From the NCBI GenBank assembly GCA_904063045.1, contig CAJFCJ010000020.1:236425-300424 (forward strand): a stretch of DNA of 64,000 nt, given 5' to 3'. The notes below the pieces were generated by a model that saw nothing but the letters and a program-made list of their open reading frames with translations, was not told where the DNA came from and ran no database searches. The DNA comes from Dimorphilus gyrociliatus (Eukaryota > Animalia > Annelida). Below are positions 14,974 through 28,992 of this stretch, one piece after another. Every line of letters starts with the position of its first letter. Position 1 is the stretch's first letter. The translations under genes and the position numbers were made by a program.

Positions 14974-15100
14974 ATGCAAATTAACACTCCCACAATGCTA
15001 TGTTCTTCAGCCAATCAGCGTTAAAAAAAAGATAAACGCCAAAGCGAACTAAACGACAGCGAGCGAATCAGGGCAGAGGCTCTAAGAGTTCATTTTCTCT
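14974..15100 (+). promoter_or_regulatory. Putative hbn proximal promoter
   Basis: Octamer ATGCAAAT at 14974-14981, CCAAT at 15011 and an Inr-like TCATT near 15090, all directly upstream of the ATG at 15137. Confidence 0.4.
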
Positions 15101-15136
15101 CGCGGTTTTATCACGTTCAGAAGTTGGCTCTAGAGG

Positions 15137-18100
15137 ATGGATATGAATAAATGTAAATCCACTTCTTATATGATTGATAGTATTCTTGGAAGAAGATCCC
15201 CTTCTCCTATACAACCACCTATGTCTTCATCGCCTATAGTGCAAGTTCACGACGGTAAGTTGAATCTCTTTTATTTATTATTTAATAATATACCCGCATC
15301 AATTTCATTTCGGTCAATTCAAAATGTTAAACAAGTAATTGTTACAAGTTTTCAATCTGTTTTTCTACTATACCCTCTTAAAGAATATCAAGTATTTTAA
15401 TAGTAGCTTTCTCATCTCTCTATACTCCACCATCCGTCTTTATCTCTTTGACTCTCTCTAACCGAGTTCCCTTTCTTCATATGTTTACTTATATCTTATC
15501 TCTTACTCTAAAGTTAGGTATTGAAGTTTCCTGTTGATTTCCTAAAAAATGTAAACATTAGGCATCCTACTAAGAAAAAAAGAAAATTTGGTGAATTACG
15601 CAACCGTATAACGATTATTCAGTTCAATAAATCGTGACAATTTAATCGTTTTTATTCGACGATAATAAGTAAAATTTGATACTTTGTATGGGTATGGCAT
15701 TGCGTGCCAAACTATATGGAGTGTTCATTTGCGTTGAAAAGCGTCATTCTTACAAAAACTTATTGTAAATATACAATAGTATAAATTCTTTATTGTGCCA
15801 AATGGGCGGGCAAATATAATTGGTGAATAGTTGAGCGATAACATTATTTAAGCTAATTTACCCCGTTTTCTTTTGACAAAATAACGGTCTTTGAAAAGTT
15901 TTTAGGTCCAATTATTACCTATTTATGTACTTACCAATAGCTTAGAAATGAAATTATACAATTGCTCTAAACATATAATAGTAGTTTAAAAGGATGTTAA
16001 AATTTATAAAACGCCAATTGCGCTAAGTAGGGTAAAAAAAGGAGATTAGGGAGGTGGAGTAGGAGGAGTTGGAGTAGGAGGAGAGATGGAAATCTCAATA
16101 AAAACTTTTTTAAGGATAATTATCTTTATGATTTACTTGGTTTAAGTAACTTTGTATGCATTACAAATAGTATTCTATTAAATACACTAAATTGATTGTC
16201 ATTTAGAATTAAGTTAAACAAGTAAAGGTTGTTTAAAACTATACTAAAATTGTTTAATCCTGATAACACAGGGATTACGTATGAAACTCTTTGTTTCCTT
16301 AACGCAACAGGCAATTAGAGTAAAATCGCAAATCAGATGCACGCTTCATAAGCAATTAATAGTAAACTAACGAACCAAAACAAACTTCTTAAACGAATTG
16401 ACCAGGGAATTCCGTGACGTAGATTCAGTCAATTAAGATCAAAGTCGCTTCAAACAATAGATAGGAGATTTCATTACCATCGAAGCATGGTGGGCGGTGT
16501 CAGATAGATGTGATGAGGCGGTGAGAGTGTTAGCATATGTTCATTGTCAGCCCCCCGCCTATAACTTTCCTACATCGTTCCTCTTATTCAATTACGTCAT
16601 ATCCTATCATCAACAATTCCTTCTCTATTTACATGGAAAAGTTTTCGCCATAATTAATCGGATTGAGCAAGTCGAAACGTCAGGGTGATCCGTTTAAAAA
16701 TCAAATTTCCTCCCTCTAAATAGCCGTGTATAATGAATATAGGCTTTCTAAATGCACGCATTCGAGGATTATGGTTGGGGTTCATACGGAAACCCTATAA
16801 AGTGTATAGTATAATTGTCACGCCATTGAAACCATTAAAGCGTAAGTATTTAATGTCAAATGTCAATTTGTATGAAAGCAAAAAAAACCCTTCAAAAATG
16901 AAACCCAAGTTAATTTAGGTGTATACATTCCGATAAAAATAAAAAATCGACCCCTATATAACAACTCATGTATAACAAAGAATAGAAATACTCAAAGCCT
17001 TAATTCATTATACTATTTTTCTTGATGAAAAAAAAAACCATTTAAGTGTTAAATGAAATTATTAATAGTTTATATAGAATGAAAACTATTATAATTGGTC
17101 ATTTGATTGACAGTTTGAAGAATTGTGGGAGAAATAGCTAAGGAAATAGTGTATATATACGACTAGTGAAATAAGAGAGGCCGGAAGGCATATTCTGTCG
17201 ATATACAAATAATGCCATCACGTAACTGAAACGAAAAGTATGACAAGTGTATAGATCTGAAGGGGCTTAGCCGTTTTGAAAATCTCAAAATATTGCCAAA
17301 GTAAAATTCCTTTGTAAGAAATTACAACAATTCATTCAAAATTACTGAATCGTATGAGATACCAAAAGTATGATATAGTAAGACTGGCTATTAAGAATCT
17401 TTATTAAATACAAAGTTTATTTCTACTTTAACTATCGCCACCCCCTCCCCTTTTTCTCTCTCTCTGGGTCTCTTTCTCTCTCCCTCTCTATTTATCTTTT
17501 TTATTTTCCTCATCTATTTAAATAGTGTTATTCTATACCAACTGTGTATTTTTTTTTTAATCACAAAGCTATATCTGGTCTATTCATTTGATTGCTTACT
17601 TTTTTATACATTTATTAAATGCATCTACATGCGCCAATTGATTTTACACACTGCAATTGAATACACTTAATGGAAAAATAAACAAAAAGAAAAACTGTAT
17701 ACAGATATATAATAAGAATAAACGTTTACTAATAGCTTGCATATGTGAGTGTGAACGTGCAGGTGACGTTTTCCTATTGCGGACGTCACACTATTTGCTA
17801 ATTAGTCTATCAACTAGCAATTAATTGTTTTTGAACGGATGCGTTCTGAGTTTGATGGTTTTGATAGAAATTTTGCGTGATTGTCTATGTTAAAATAATA
17901 GAATCATTGTTCCCCCTAATGGTACAATGTTCCATTGTTTTCATAAAAGTAGGGAGTAATCATGCGATAATTTGTCGAGAAAACTCGCTCTCTTTACCTG
18001 CATTTTCTCCGTCTCAACAATATATGATTAACCTCTTATCTATAAAATTATCTTAATGCACGTTGGCCAATTAACGACCATTATATAACAGATAATGAAG

Positions 18101-20989
18101 TGTCTTTGTTCATTTTCAGCAGATGAGGAACACCCAACACCATCTCCACAACCAAACTCCGTTCAAGATGTAGAAGAAACATCTCCTGATGTTGGAGAGG
18201 ATAAAGATGATAAGCCACGCAAAGTTCGACGAAGTCGAACAACTTTTACAACATTTCAATTGCATCAATTAGAAAGGGCGTTCGAAAAAACTCAGTACCC
18301 AGACGTGTTCACAAGAGAAGAGCTCGCATTGAGATTGGATCTAAGCGAGGCCCGTGTACAGGTAAGATTTTCCATCTGATAATATGTAAGATAAAACACA
18401 AAGATACCAGCTTTGGTACACCACACAAGCTCTATAAGGCGTTATTAGATACTTTATATATACATATAATGTATTAAAGAGTAAACTAGAGAAGGTAACA
18501 TAATGGTATTAGAAACCGAACAAGTGTGCATCTGAACTAATGGCTCAATAAAAAAGTAGACAGCTTCTAATTTCATTGTAAATGCATAGGTAAAAAAGCA
18601 TTAGGGCGGTCGGTAAAGCTTTTCAATTAGCTATCATCGGCTACGGCTCGGCGTGTCGAATTGAACACAAAGCCCTTAAAACACAATCACCTAGCTGTCA
18701 AACTGGATAAAGGGTGTAAATGTCAGGACAAATCACTCACGCTCCGTTCATAATCTCGTTCATTAGATTTCACTCTTATATAACCGACTCGTAATTATGT
18801 TTGTGTATTTTCGGTCCTCCTATAAATTACAAAGTATCCTTAAACAATAAAAAACCAAGCGCTTTGTAATTTGTTAGAAGGCTAATTAGGCGGACAATAA
18901 CAGCTAATTACCGCCTATAAACGTTTTAAGTGTACGTTTTAGAGAGCAGATGTTGAAACGTTCTTTGTCCAACGTTGTTTCGATTGCCGCTTTTCTCACC
19001 GTCTAATAAAGCAGGAGAGTGATTTTAAAAGAAAGCTATTTCTATAAATAAATACAAAAAATGTACTTGAAAAAAGTGGGAAAAATCGTATATATATCGC
19101 CGCACTTAACGGATAAAACCAACTCTATTAATTAAATAGACGCCATTATTTTAAATAATAGATAATAAAGTGACATTAATTTATAACTAAAATAATAATG
19201 AGTATAACTATACCGAAAGAAAGAAATAATGATAATAAAAAAAAGAACAATTAAGAGGCTGTTCGTGATAATTAAAGTGTCAATGCATTATCGGATCAAT
19301 AAATTACGTAACGAATGATAAAAGGTGATGGCAAGTCAAACAATAGCACTTTGTCGTTGAACTTAAGTAAACAAGAATTTTGCAGGGAATAAATAGAGAG
19401 ATTTATTCTATTAATTATATACTCTATAAAAGAGGGATTTAACCACTTAACGCTCTATAAATTAGCTTACTAGTAAACGATATCTAATCGAATAAGGAGA
19501 AAGCCAATTGCTAAAAGATTATATTAATATATAAATTAATTCCTTTTTATTATTAACTGTAATGTATAAACATTGTATAACAAATAAACTTTAATATAAA
19601 CATATAAAGTATATATATTATAGAAAATTGGATAGTTTATTTGGACAAAATGCATAGGAGATATTTTAAATTAAATTTTGGCATGTAGTACTTTTCTTCT
19701 TAAGCCTCGCGCCCTACAAAACGTATTAGTTAAATCGGGCATAGAGCAATTAACCGAATTGAATAGAAGCGATAATAGTGGGTGAAACACTCGAAATGAG
19801 AATATAATAAGCTATCATTACACATTGCATTCGCCGTAATCTCACGGGGACAATTACTATGACATTGATGCCGGCGCATTCCTCTTGCCAAGTGAAAAAG
19901 AAACGTACACCTGCATAAAAGTATAAAAAAGCGCGTCGTTTGTAAAATGTAATGTTGCGACGCCCTTCTCATGAACAGTCGTATATAATATAGTTGAGAA
20001 GGACCACACCGCTAAAGGATAAAAGGCGTCCCTTCAATAGACGCCTAAACGAGGAAGGAAGACGGTAATTGAGCGGATCGGAAGTAGAAAAGTGGAAACA
20101 AATTGCACGCCACTGACATAATGAGCAAATGGTATAGTCACGCAGTAAATGCAAGGTCTTTTTGACCTGCCATTACATCTTTATTAATAAAGATATATTA
20201 GATATTCTACCGCATTACTGTATTATTTATTGTACGTAGTTTTAATGACTTCAAACGTGAAATTGATCGTATCAAGGCCAAGATAAAATGCCAAAGTTTT
20301 TTAATAAATTATTATTTAGGCGGTCTTTTTATACATGATCAAAGGCTTTAAGAGGGGTGGAAAAATTAAATTACAAGTATAGGCATTTAGCGATAGTTAC
20401 TACAGAGCTAAATTAAGATTGAGAAAATGAAGCCAATTGCTTATTGGAGGAAAGCACTCGCTCTTATTATTGTTAATGAGGCAATTATTAAGAGAAGACG
20501 GTACGACTTGGCGTGTGTCTATGGTTAGCATTGGCAATTTGCAGCCATTCACGCAGTCGTTTCACTATATAGTACAAATTATATTGATACGACGCCGTTT
20601 TTAATGAAGGTCTATTGTATTTTTCCATACAGGTCTGGTTCCAGAACAGACGCGCTAAGTGGAGGAAGAGAGAGAAGCAATTGGGTAGAGAGAGTCCTAC
20701 CTATTTAGCTTCTCCAGAAGAATTGACGGCAAATATCCCTGCCGATCTATTAGCTGCTCGAATGGCTTTAAATCCGGTTTTGGGGTTGCATCCTACATTA
20801 GCATATCTCCAACATAAGCTACCATATCTACCACCACCTCCACCACCTACTCTTCTACCACCGCCTTTCTTTAGACCCCCTTTACATACCGATTGCAGTT
20901 CGGAGGAAACGCTCGATTTGAGAAAGTCATCGATAGAAGCTTTACGTGTTAAAGCTCGACAAATTCAAAGGCCGACCTGTAAATCTTAG
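15137..20989 (+). CDS. hbn: Homeobrain, a PRD-class Q50 homeodomain factor, 238 aa. Exons 15137-15254, 18120-18361, 20633-20989
   Basis: The spliced homeodomain [47 protein letters not shown]|[15 protein letters not shown] has the Hbn signature (VRRS, FQLHQ, KTQY) rather than Rx or Arx. It has an N-terminal octapeptide YMIDSILG and a C-terminal OAR motif [12 protein letters not shown]. The GT-AG introns are phase-consistent (1, 0), and the second lies at the canonical Q46/V47 position. Confidence 0.9.
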
Positions 20990-23248
20990 ACATTTATTAT
21001 ACCACTATACGTATTCGTTTTGTCTGTGTAAATAGCCGATAGACTATATGTAGAAAGAGAGAGTATGTTTACCGATAGAAAATTATGTTTATAATATAAT
21101 GCCATATAATACAGAGTACATTGACCTTGGTGTGACAAAGAGTGCGTAATTAGCCCTGAAGCGTGTTGGAGGCGGGAGGATATTAAACGCATTAACATGT
21201 CCGTGACGTGAGCTTTGTCAAACATGTCTATATCTCAGTTTTCTGCCCCTCAGATAAGCATCTCAATTGTTAATACCATATAATATAACTTTAGTCGAAT
21301 TATAACCAGTCGACCGAACAAAACAACCCGATTGTTAAAAAAAAAATCCCACTTACGAACCGATCCATAGGCGAAATACAATGGGCAAATAAAGCTAATC
21401 AGAGTTAATTGAATTTCTAATAAAGAAAATAGCTATAATTTAAGAGCGTGTAATTGGAAAATGCACATCGACATAATGAAAATCGATAAGCAATAAAAAT
21501 GTGATTTGTATGGAACGTTCTCAGCAACTAACTTGAAAAAATTCTCTTATTTATCAATATAGAAAATTTAAGAGTTTTATCTATTAAATAGTCTATTTTT
21601 CTGATCGGATAACTTTCTATTTTGTTATTATACAATTTTCGCCTTTCACATTATTTCTAATCCACTCAACCGGAAACTATAGTCACGACACTATTGTTAT
21701 GAAATGGTCGAGATGAAAAGAAACAATTTGACGGCCAGTTAGAATTGGTAAATTGAGCTCGAAGGTGGAAAAATGGATCACTTTCAACGAGCTTTGTTAA
21801 AGTATGAAGCAGTTTGTACACAAGTGGATCGCCTTGGGCCACATCTCCATTCACGCCCATCCGCCCATACCACACCGCCTACTAGAGTATCTAACCAATC
21901 AGTAGATGGAGCGAGGCTTAACGACCGATCTGGGGAAACTAGAAAGGATTCCAATTTACTTGTTTACACTCAAATTCGTTCACGAAAAGCGGCCTCATTA
22001 CAAGCGGCGCGTTCTAAAGAAAACAACAAAAGAACTTGACGACGCATGGAAAAGCGAGAACTGTATAAAGTATATAACCTATATAGGGCAGATTTGATGC
22101 TGGATGAGTTGATCTAAATCCAATATTGACGCAGTAAGTAATTGTATGTTTGCCTGTGGCCAGATTCATTGAGCGAGTTGCAAATATTTAGAGGCGACTT
22201 GATTAATTCCTCACTCAGACTCTCTTCACTCTCAATAGACGACCCACATTCATGGACATCAATCCGATTTTGTTTATAATATGTATAAAAGGCCGCCGCT
22301 ATAAAAACTCCAACTTGATAAGATGATGGGTTGGCGGATTAGCGCAATTGATACGATGATAAAGTGATCGATGATGACCACATGCTACATTTCTCGTTAG
22401 GCGAGACGTCATCAATGGACGCTGGCTATTTGGATGGATTTAATACTTGGAATCCTTATACTCTTATTTGCATTCAAAAGATATAGAGTCAAAAGAAGGA
22501 TTTTGTCAATTGTATCCCATAGAAACGTTTAAAAATGATATGTAAATGATATTCAAAGAACAATATCTGGCTATTCTATATATTCCGTACATATATTCAT
22601 CTGTAATAAATTGATTAGAAAAGCACAAATTCTACTCTTATTAAATGCCTAGAAGATAGGATATAATTGTTGTATTAATTTGCAAGGATTTGCCCCAGGA
22701 TTGAGGGAAAGAGAAGAAAGGACAAAATAAAAGGGAACAAAATAAAAGAAAAATAAATCGAGATCTTTTTTAAACCTTCGATTCATACGACCTCTAGTGC
22801 TAGAATTACAAATGCTAATTGAAGGGCGTGGATCTCTTATACTTATTTAAGGTTATGGACGTTTTAAGCATTAAAGCTTATTACGTATAAATTCGCGGAA
22901 ATATATACTTTCAAGCGTTATAGAAATTTCTAATTATAAAATCACTTTATGAATATTTATTAGATATTCTTTACTGCATTATTAAATAAATAAGAAATTG
23001 TTATAGCTGTACGTAACAACCTGATAGTCAGTTTCTATAATAAAGAGAACTAATTATATACCATTTCTAAGAATATCTTTATTAGATATTCTTTATAATC
23101 ATCAACCTTTATCTCTGTTAATTGTTTTAATTAATCGCTATTTATTTATATAATTAATTTAAATAGATTAGTTAATAATTTTTTATTAGGTATTATTTTC
23201 GATTATTCATATAGATTTTCTATTTTAAATGCTGTATTAGCTATGGAG

Positions 23249-23304
23249 TATATATATATAATATATACAGTTTATATATATATATATATATAATATATAC
23301 AGTT

Positions 23305-23337
<33 letters not shown>

Positions 23338-23360
23338 GTTTATATATATATATATATATA
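23249..23360. repeat. Three tandem copies of (TA)n-ATATATACAGTT followed by (TA)n
   Basis: Read directly. The units differ only in TA-run length. Confidence 0.9.
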
Positions 23361-26091
23361 TTATTTATTAACACTTTAAACAACTTGGAGGAATGTTCTA
23401 TCTATTTAGAAAAAAAATAAAAGGAAAATTAGACGTTTGTCAACACTTATTTATAAAATAAAGATGGTGATTAAGAATTAGTTAGATAAGATCAATTTCC
23501 ATTATATACACGATATTTCGATTAGCGAAGTTGGGGCGTATTTAGCTTGAGGGTTTTTTTTAGAGACTTGACCCTGTAACATGTAAAAGTAATATATTGT
23601 TTTCTATATTACACCCATACCAAACCATTGAAAGTGGAGAATTTTAAGATTTTCGAGTGGCGTATCATATTCATATCTACTGGCTGTTAAGTATTCCCCT
23701 TACAAAATAGGTTAATCTAACCCTGAAACTGGTTTAAAGTGTAATTTAAGGCAGTTTACTGACGAAACAATGTCAAAGCTTCTAATAAACTTTAGAAAAA
23801 AGAATATTGCCGATAGAAAAAGGAAATTATTTATATCTTTTAGCCAGAAATTAACTAAGCCTACGCTTAATACTAATAATAATACTAATACTAATAACTT
23901 CAAACAAAATTGTTTATTGTCAATTCACAGTTATATAATGAATAAAGCTTATTATAAATTTATTAATCTGTTTCGAGAGTTTCAGTCTCAGTTTCGATTA
24001 TCAACTCAACCGGAAGAAAAGAGACGTTATAATATATTCGATTAGAGAAAATTGAATAAAAACTGTTTTTCAAAGAGATTTTTAAACATTTGTTTGTCTG
24101 AGGATTATGACTACTAAATAAATCCTCTCCTCTCCAAATGGTAAATTTGTAGCATGCTAGAATAAAGAAAAGTTCCAATACCTAAAAGCCTTCTTTACCA
24201 TATAAGTAGTTATTTAATCCTTTGTTAGATAATTTATTAAGATTTATATTAATATATTTATTACTTTCTCTAAAGTATAATTAAAGATTTTTAAGCTCTT
24301 TTTTTTAAGAGAATTGATAAATATGCTACTTCCAAATATATAATATAGATGGCGCAAAACAAATTCTCTGGTGGAATCAGAATTATTTCTTGACCTAGAA
24401 AAGAATATTTCCCTAGTCTATTTGGACAAAAAGCGTATTTTTTCCAACCCCAACAGGCTTACATTATTTATTTATCTCATTTAATGAGTGAAGCTATTTT
24501 TTATCCCGCTTATAGTCGTTGTAATTTATGATATTTTCCCACAAAGATATTAATAAAAAAAAAAAGAAAAGACAATTTTTAAATATGAATGGAATGATAA
24601 AATTGTAAAGAATTCAGATAAATCAACTTTTTTTTTCCTTTATATTTTCTTTACTAAAGAATAATGTTAACTTTGCGATCTGAAATAATTTTAAGACATG
24701 AAGTAGGGAAGAAGGGTGCTGGTAATTCATTAGTAAATAATAGTTAACCACTTGTGCCATAGTTTACCTATTTCCTCTCAAATATATACGGTACACACAG
24801 TCTTTTTATAACGGAAACTGTTAATATTTTATTTTATTTGCTTAATATTTAGTAGTAGTCTATTTGAAAAGGGAATGCTCTTCGACTATTACAGCCTACT
24901 ATGCTTCACAAAGCCGTATATCAAAGGCTAAAATTTTTGAAGGACTTGGCAATAACATATCATAAATGGAGCGGTTTCTTTCTGTACACACACATATATA
25001 TATAGTTTATATACAGTATACACTAATATGTATAAGGAATGAAACATATTTCATTTAATTTTAAACTGATATTTTTAGCTGTTCAGATGGTTTCAAGTAT
25101 AGAAAATTAATGTAACCCAACCGCATTTGGTATGGTAACAGTTGTTCATGTCAAAATAAAGAACTAAATATAAATAATATTTGTAGTGACGTCATGTTTC
25201 TCACCATCTTACACCTGGAACATTTTTTTCTTCTCAAATTTAACTCTGTCTTTTTTTTATTTTTTTTTTTGTGTACAGACTTTAATATGCAGAACTTCGT
25301 TTTTATATAATTTTCAAGTAGTTTCAACAGTTCAATACCTCTTTTTAAGATAAGTATTCTGTTGACATCTTATAATAAATAGTTTACTCAAGTTTACCGT
25401 TATCGTACATTTTATCAAATTTTCTGTTGCTATTTGGAGGAAGGCTTTTAAATGTTTTCAACAGAATAACTCGATAACAAACAATAAAACAGGGCAAGAA
25501 TTTGAGAGATAGACTACCACGTTATATTCATTTATCAAACAGATGGCGCCAAATGAAGAAAATAAAAAATAAAAAATGATTGTTCACAAGAAGCGCCATC
25601 TATCGGCTTTGCTAGAGGGAAAACTAAAAATACACACTTTGTAATACTTCACCACGGTTGAATAAAGAGATATTTAACATAAAAACATGTTATAAAGAAA
25701 AGAAAATTATTACTTAGGCAGTTTAACATAAAAACTGGGACAATTCGTTTTTGCTTATAGAGAAAATTGAATTTTTATTTAACAACGGACTCCTTATAGC
25801 GGAAAATTAAATGAATTTATTCAAAATAATACTAAATATCAATTAAAAGTCCTACTAGTCGCCTAAAGCAAAGAACTCTTTGAAAAAGATTTCATTGTTG
25901 TAAGAATATTTATGGATTTTATGGGTTAGAAAAGCCCGTTTGTCAATTTAATTTCTCAAGTAGTCGTTGTACTTGGAAAGAAACGAGTATAAGATAAAAT
26001 AAAATATGGGGACAAAGAACAACAAAAATTTTACAAGATTAAGTTTAAAGCCATAAACATTCATTTATAGTTATACTGTATATAAACAACA

Positions 26092-28992
26092 TTAATAATT
26101 AGTTAACTTCATTAATAATGGTATATCTTCATCACAATCGAATTTTAATGGTTCTTCTTTACATAAATACATTGTCTGTGGAATTGTCTTCTTCGGCTCT
26201 ACCATTTGTCCACTTTGTAATGAATTGCATTTACCAACGTATGAACAATTGGAACATGGTTCGCAAAAGTTCGAAGTTCTACAACAGCAGCTATTAATAA
26301 TGAAATTCTCTTCTTTGTTTAAGCTATTTGTTCGAAATTGATCATTTATGATTTTACTATTATTTTTAAAAGTATTTTGACTTTCCCACGAGAATAATTC
26401 ATTTATTTTTTCTTTAATATTAAATGGAATTGTAGTAGAGATATAACGGCTCTTTATCACATCACCCTTTCCCAGTCGGCTTGTTTGAACTACAGAATTA
26501 GATCTCTCTTTGTTTGATTCATCCATTAATTTATCCTTTTCATCCCCTGGATCAATTATATTTAGTATGGCTTCTTTGGAAAACTCACTATTGATAATAG
26601 AAATCTCGTCAGAGTCTGTCATTTTCACTGATTCAACACTGACTTTTTCTGGTCGATTGAATTTCAGGGTAGATTTCTCGTTCGAGTTGACCAAAGCATC
26701 CTCGAACTCACCCTCGACCTCAGTTTTCACGACTTCCGTGGTGGTGGAAGAGTGTTTAACCTTATCCATCTGGACATCTTCTTTGTCTGCTGTTTTGTTT
26801 GTTGTCATTGTGTGACTTCTTTCGCCATTTGTTATCGTCTGAACAAAAGATCCAAAAGTTTTATCATATCCTTTATTCTCCCCTTCTGCCTCCTCTTTTT
26901 CTCTCCCCCCGTTATCATCCTTATGCTTTTTATTCTCCGTTTCTCTTGCCTCAAGCACATTTTTTAAATTTTCGTCAACATTATTCGTGACTTTGGATTG
27001 TTTGGATTTCTGTTTTCGCTTGAACAACCAAATTCTCTTTTTTCGTAAGGTAAAAGCCGCTAAAAAAACAAGAAACAACCCAACAAGGCCAATTAATATT
27101 GGCATAAAGAAATTGATACCCGTTGAACCGTTAGCGGATCTTGGAGACCATTTGCCAAATTGACTGCCCTTTAGCCCGACTTGTTTAATAATTGTAGAAG
27201 GCTTACATTCTTGAACGCTGACTGAACCTGTCCGTTTAGTGTAAGACTTAGATGGACATTTTTTGCATTTATCCATTCCGTTCATTGGGGCGAAAAAACC
27301 TACTGGACATTTTTGACAATGACTGGTTCCATTACCTCGTTTAAAATGACCTTTAGGACATGGAAAACAACGCCCCAGCTCAACGTCAAACTTTGCTTGA
27401 AAGCCACCTGGGCAAAGCCATAAATAATTATTTCTTACGCTCTTCAGCACGTGTTCGAAGCGTTCAAGTAATACGGGCCTAATTTGTTTCTTATATACAT
27501 TATTTAAGTAACGGCTGTAAAATTTGACAGTACAACCCTCCGACCGCCTGCAGGCATGTGCTGCTGGTATGAGGTTATCATCTGGTGCGATGTCTAAATA
27601 ACCGTTAAACCAGCCCTTTTTGCAGTTGTGATATAATAAGACAAAACATTCTTTAGGGGGTTTCCCATAATGACAAGCTTGGGAAAGAACTTTTGATTCA
27701 AATATATCAAAAGAGGATATTTTATTCAAGCATGTGTACCCTTTGCGAACCCGTAAACGAAAAGTAATTTTAAAAAGAAATATAGGGGAGTCTGAACGCC
27801 TCCTTATAAGTGAGGGAGTCATCAAACAGGCTGTACCATCTCCACTAGATGTCGTTCCAATAGGACAATTTAAACAAGAAGTCTGTCCGACAATATTTTG
27901 AAAGTGGCGTCCTGTACACTTACGACATTCAACAGAGGCAAACCGATGGCTGTAAGTCCCTTTTGGGCAATCCTGACATTTTCCCGTTCCACTCTCACTT
28001 TTATACTTGCCCGGAGGGCAAGCAGAGCAAGTCAGGCCGCTCTTTTCCCCTCCTACTGGGCAGGCTATAAAGAAATATTGCTTAATAATCGAAAATATTT
28101 CAGAAATTTTAAGCCCATGCACCAACCATTAGCACAATCCTTATTTCCTTCGAAACCTTTGACCGACGTCTGATTGATAGGACAGAGCTTACATTCCATC
28201 TCTTGGACATGATCCTGATAATAACCAGGTTCACAGGGTTTACAATACTTTTGCCCTGTTGTGTTTATATCAATGGAGTTATTTATTTGTTTATTTATTA
28301 TCACAGAGAAATTTAGAGTATAATTCATATTCGTTTTTCTTTTTACCTTTGATACTCGAGTACGTCTCTCTTGTGCATTTCAGACATATCGCCGACCCTT
28401 TTAACGGTTGATACTCGCCTGAGAGGCACTCGACGCACGTGATACCATTTATAGAATGCTCACCGACCTTACAAGGTACGCAATTGAAATTTGATTGAAC
28501 AAATCCGGGTGGGCAATTTATAAAATACTTATGCCTTAGATCACGTCTTATATGTCTAAAGAGGATAGGTAATTGGTATGATCCTCTTCTAATTAGAACC
28601 ACTAGAGGGACGCTATTTTTCACAGAGTCTTTAATAAAAGCCTTAATTCGTTTGTATAACTTCTTTCGTAGGTCTAAAGGAATGCTTTTAGATTTTGTAG
28701 AAAGCGTTAAACGGAACCGGGTTCCTTCGTTTATTTCCTTTGTCCGCTCCGTATTTGTTGTTCTAAAGCAAAACCCTTTTGCGTATCGAACAGCAACCAG
28801 ATTGCAGTTTAAGTAATCACATATGGAATCAAAATGTCGCATTATTTCTTTTTCGTCTTTGCATCTTAAAACCAAGTCTGTGTTCTTTTGCTTATTGATT
28901 AGAACGTAGACGTTCCAAGTAAAACCGTGCAGGAATTCTATCACGTAAAATAAACCTAATAATCTATGTAGCGGAAAAGAAATGCTTTGCAT
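26092..28992 (-). CDS. Type I membrane protein with GCC2/GCC3 (ephrin-receptor-like Cys-rich) repeats, 915 aa. Exons 28992-28347, 28255-28127, 28064-26092
   Basis: Hydrophobic N-terminus and repeated CxxCxxGxY/F motifs in two blocks. A TM helix (FFMPILIGLVGLFLVFLAAFTL) is followed by RKKR and a long acidic tail. Two phase-1 GT-AG introns (91 and 62 bp) join three ORF-track fragments in frame. Confidence 0.8.

Noticed and set aside
15137-20989. Calling the homeobox gene Rx or aristaless/Arx
   Set aside because: The homeodomain residues VRRS..TFQLHQ..KTQY match Hbn, not Rx (HRRN..YQLHE..KSHY) or Arx (QRRY..SYQLEE..KTHY).
23249-23360. Tandem repeat as a CRISPR-like array
   Set aside because: The spacers are only TA runs and the context is eukaryotic, so it is a compound microsatellite.
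26510-28173. Plus-strand ORFs inside the GCC-repeat gene
   Set aside because: These are antisense shadows of a well-supported minus-strand CDS.
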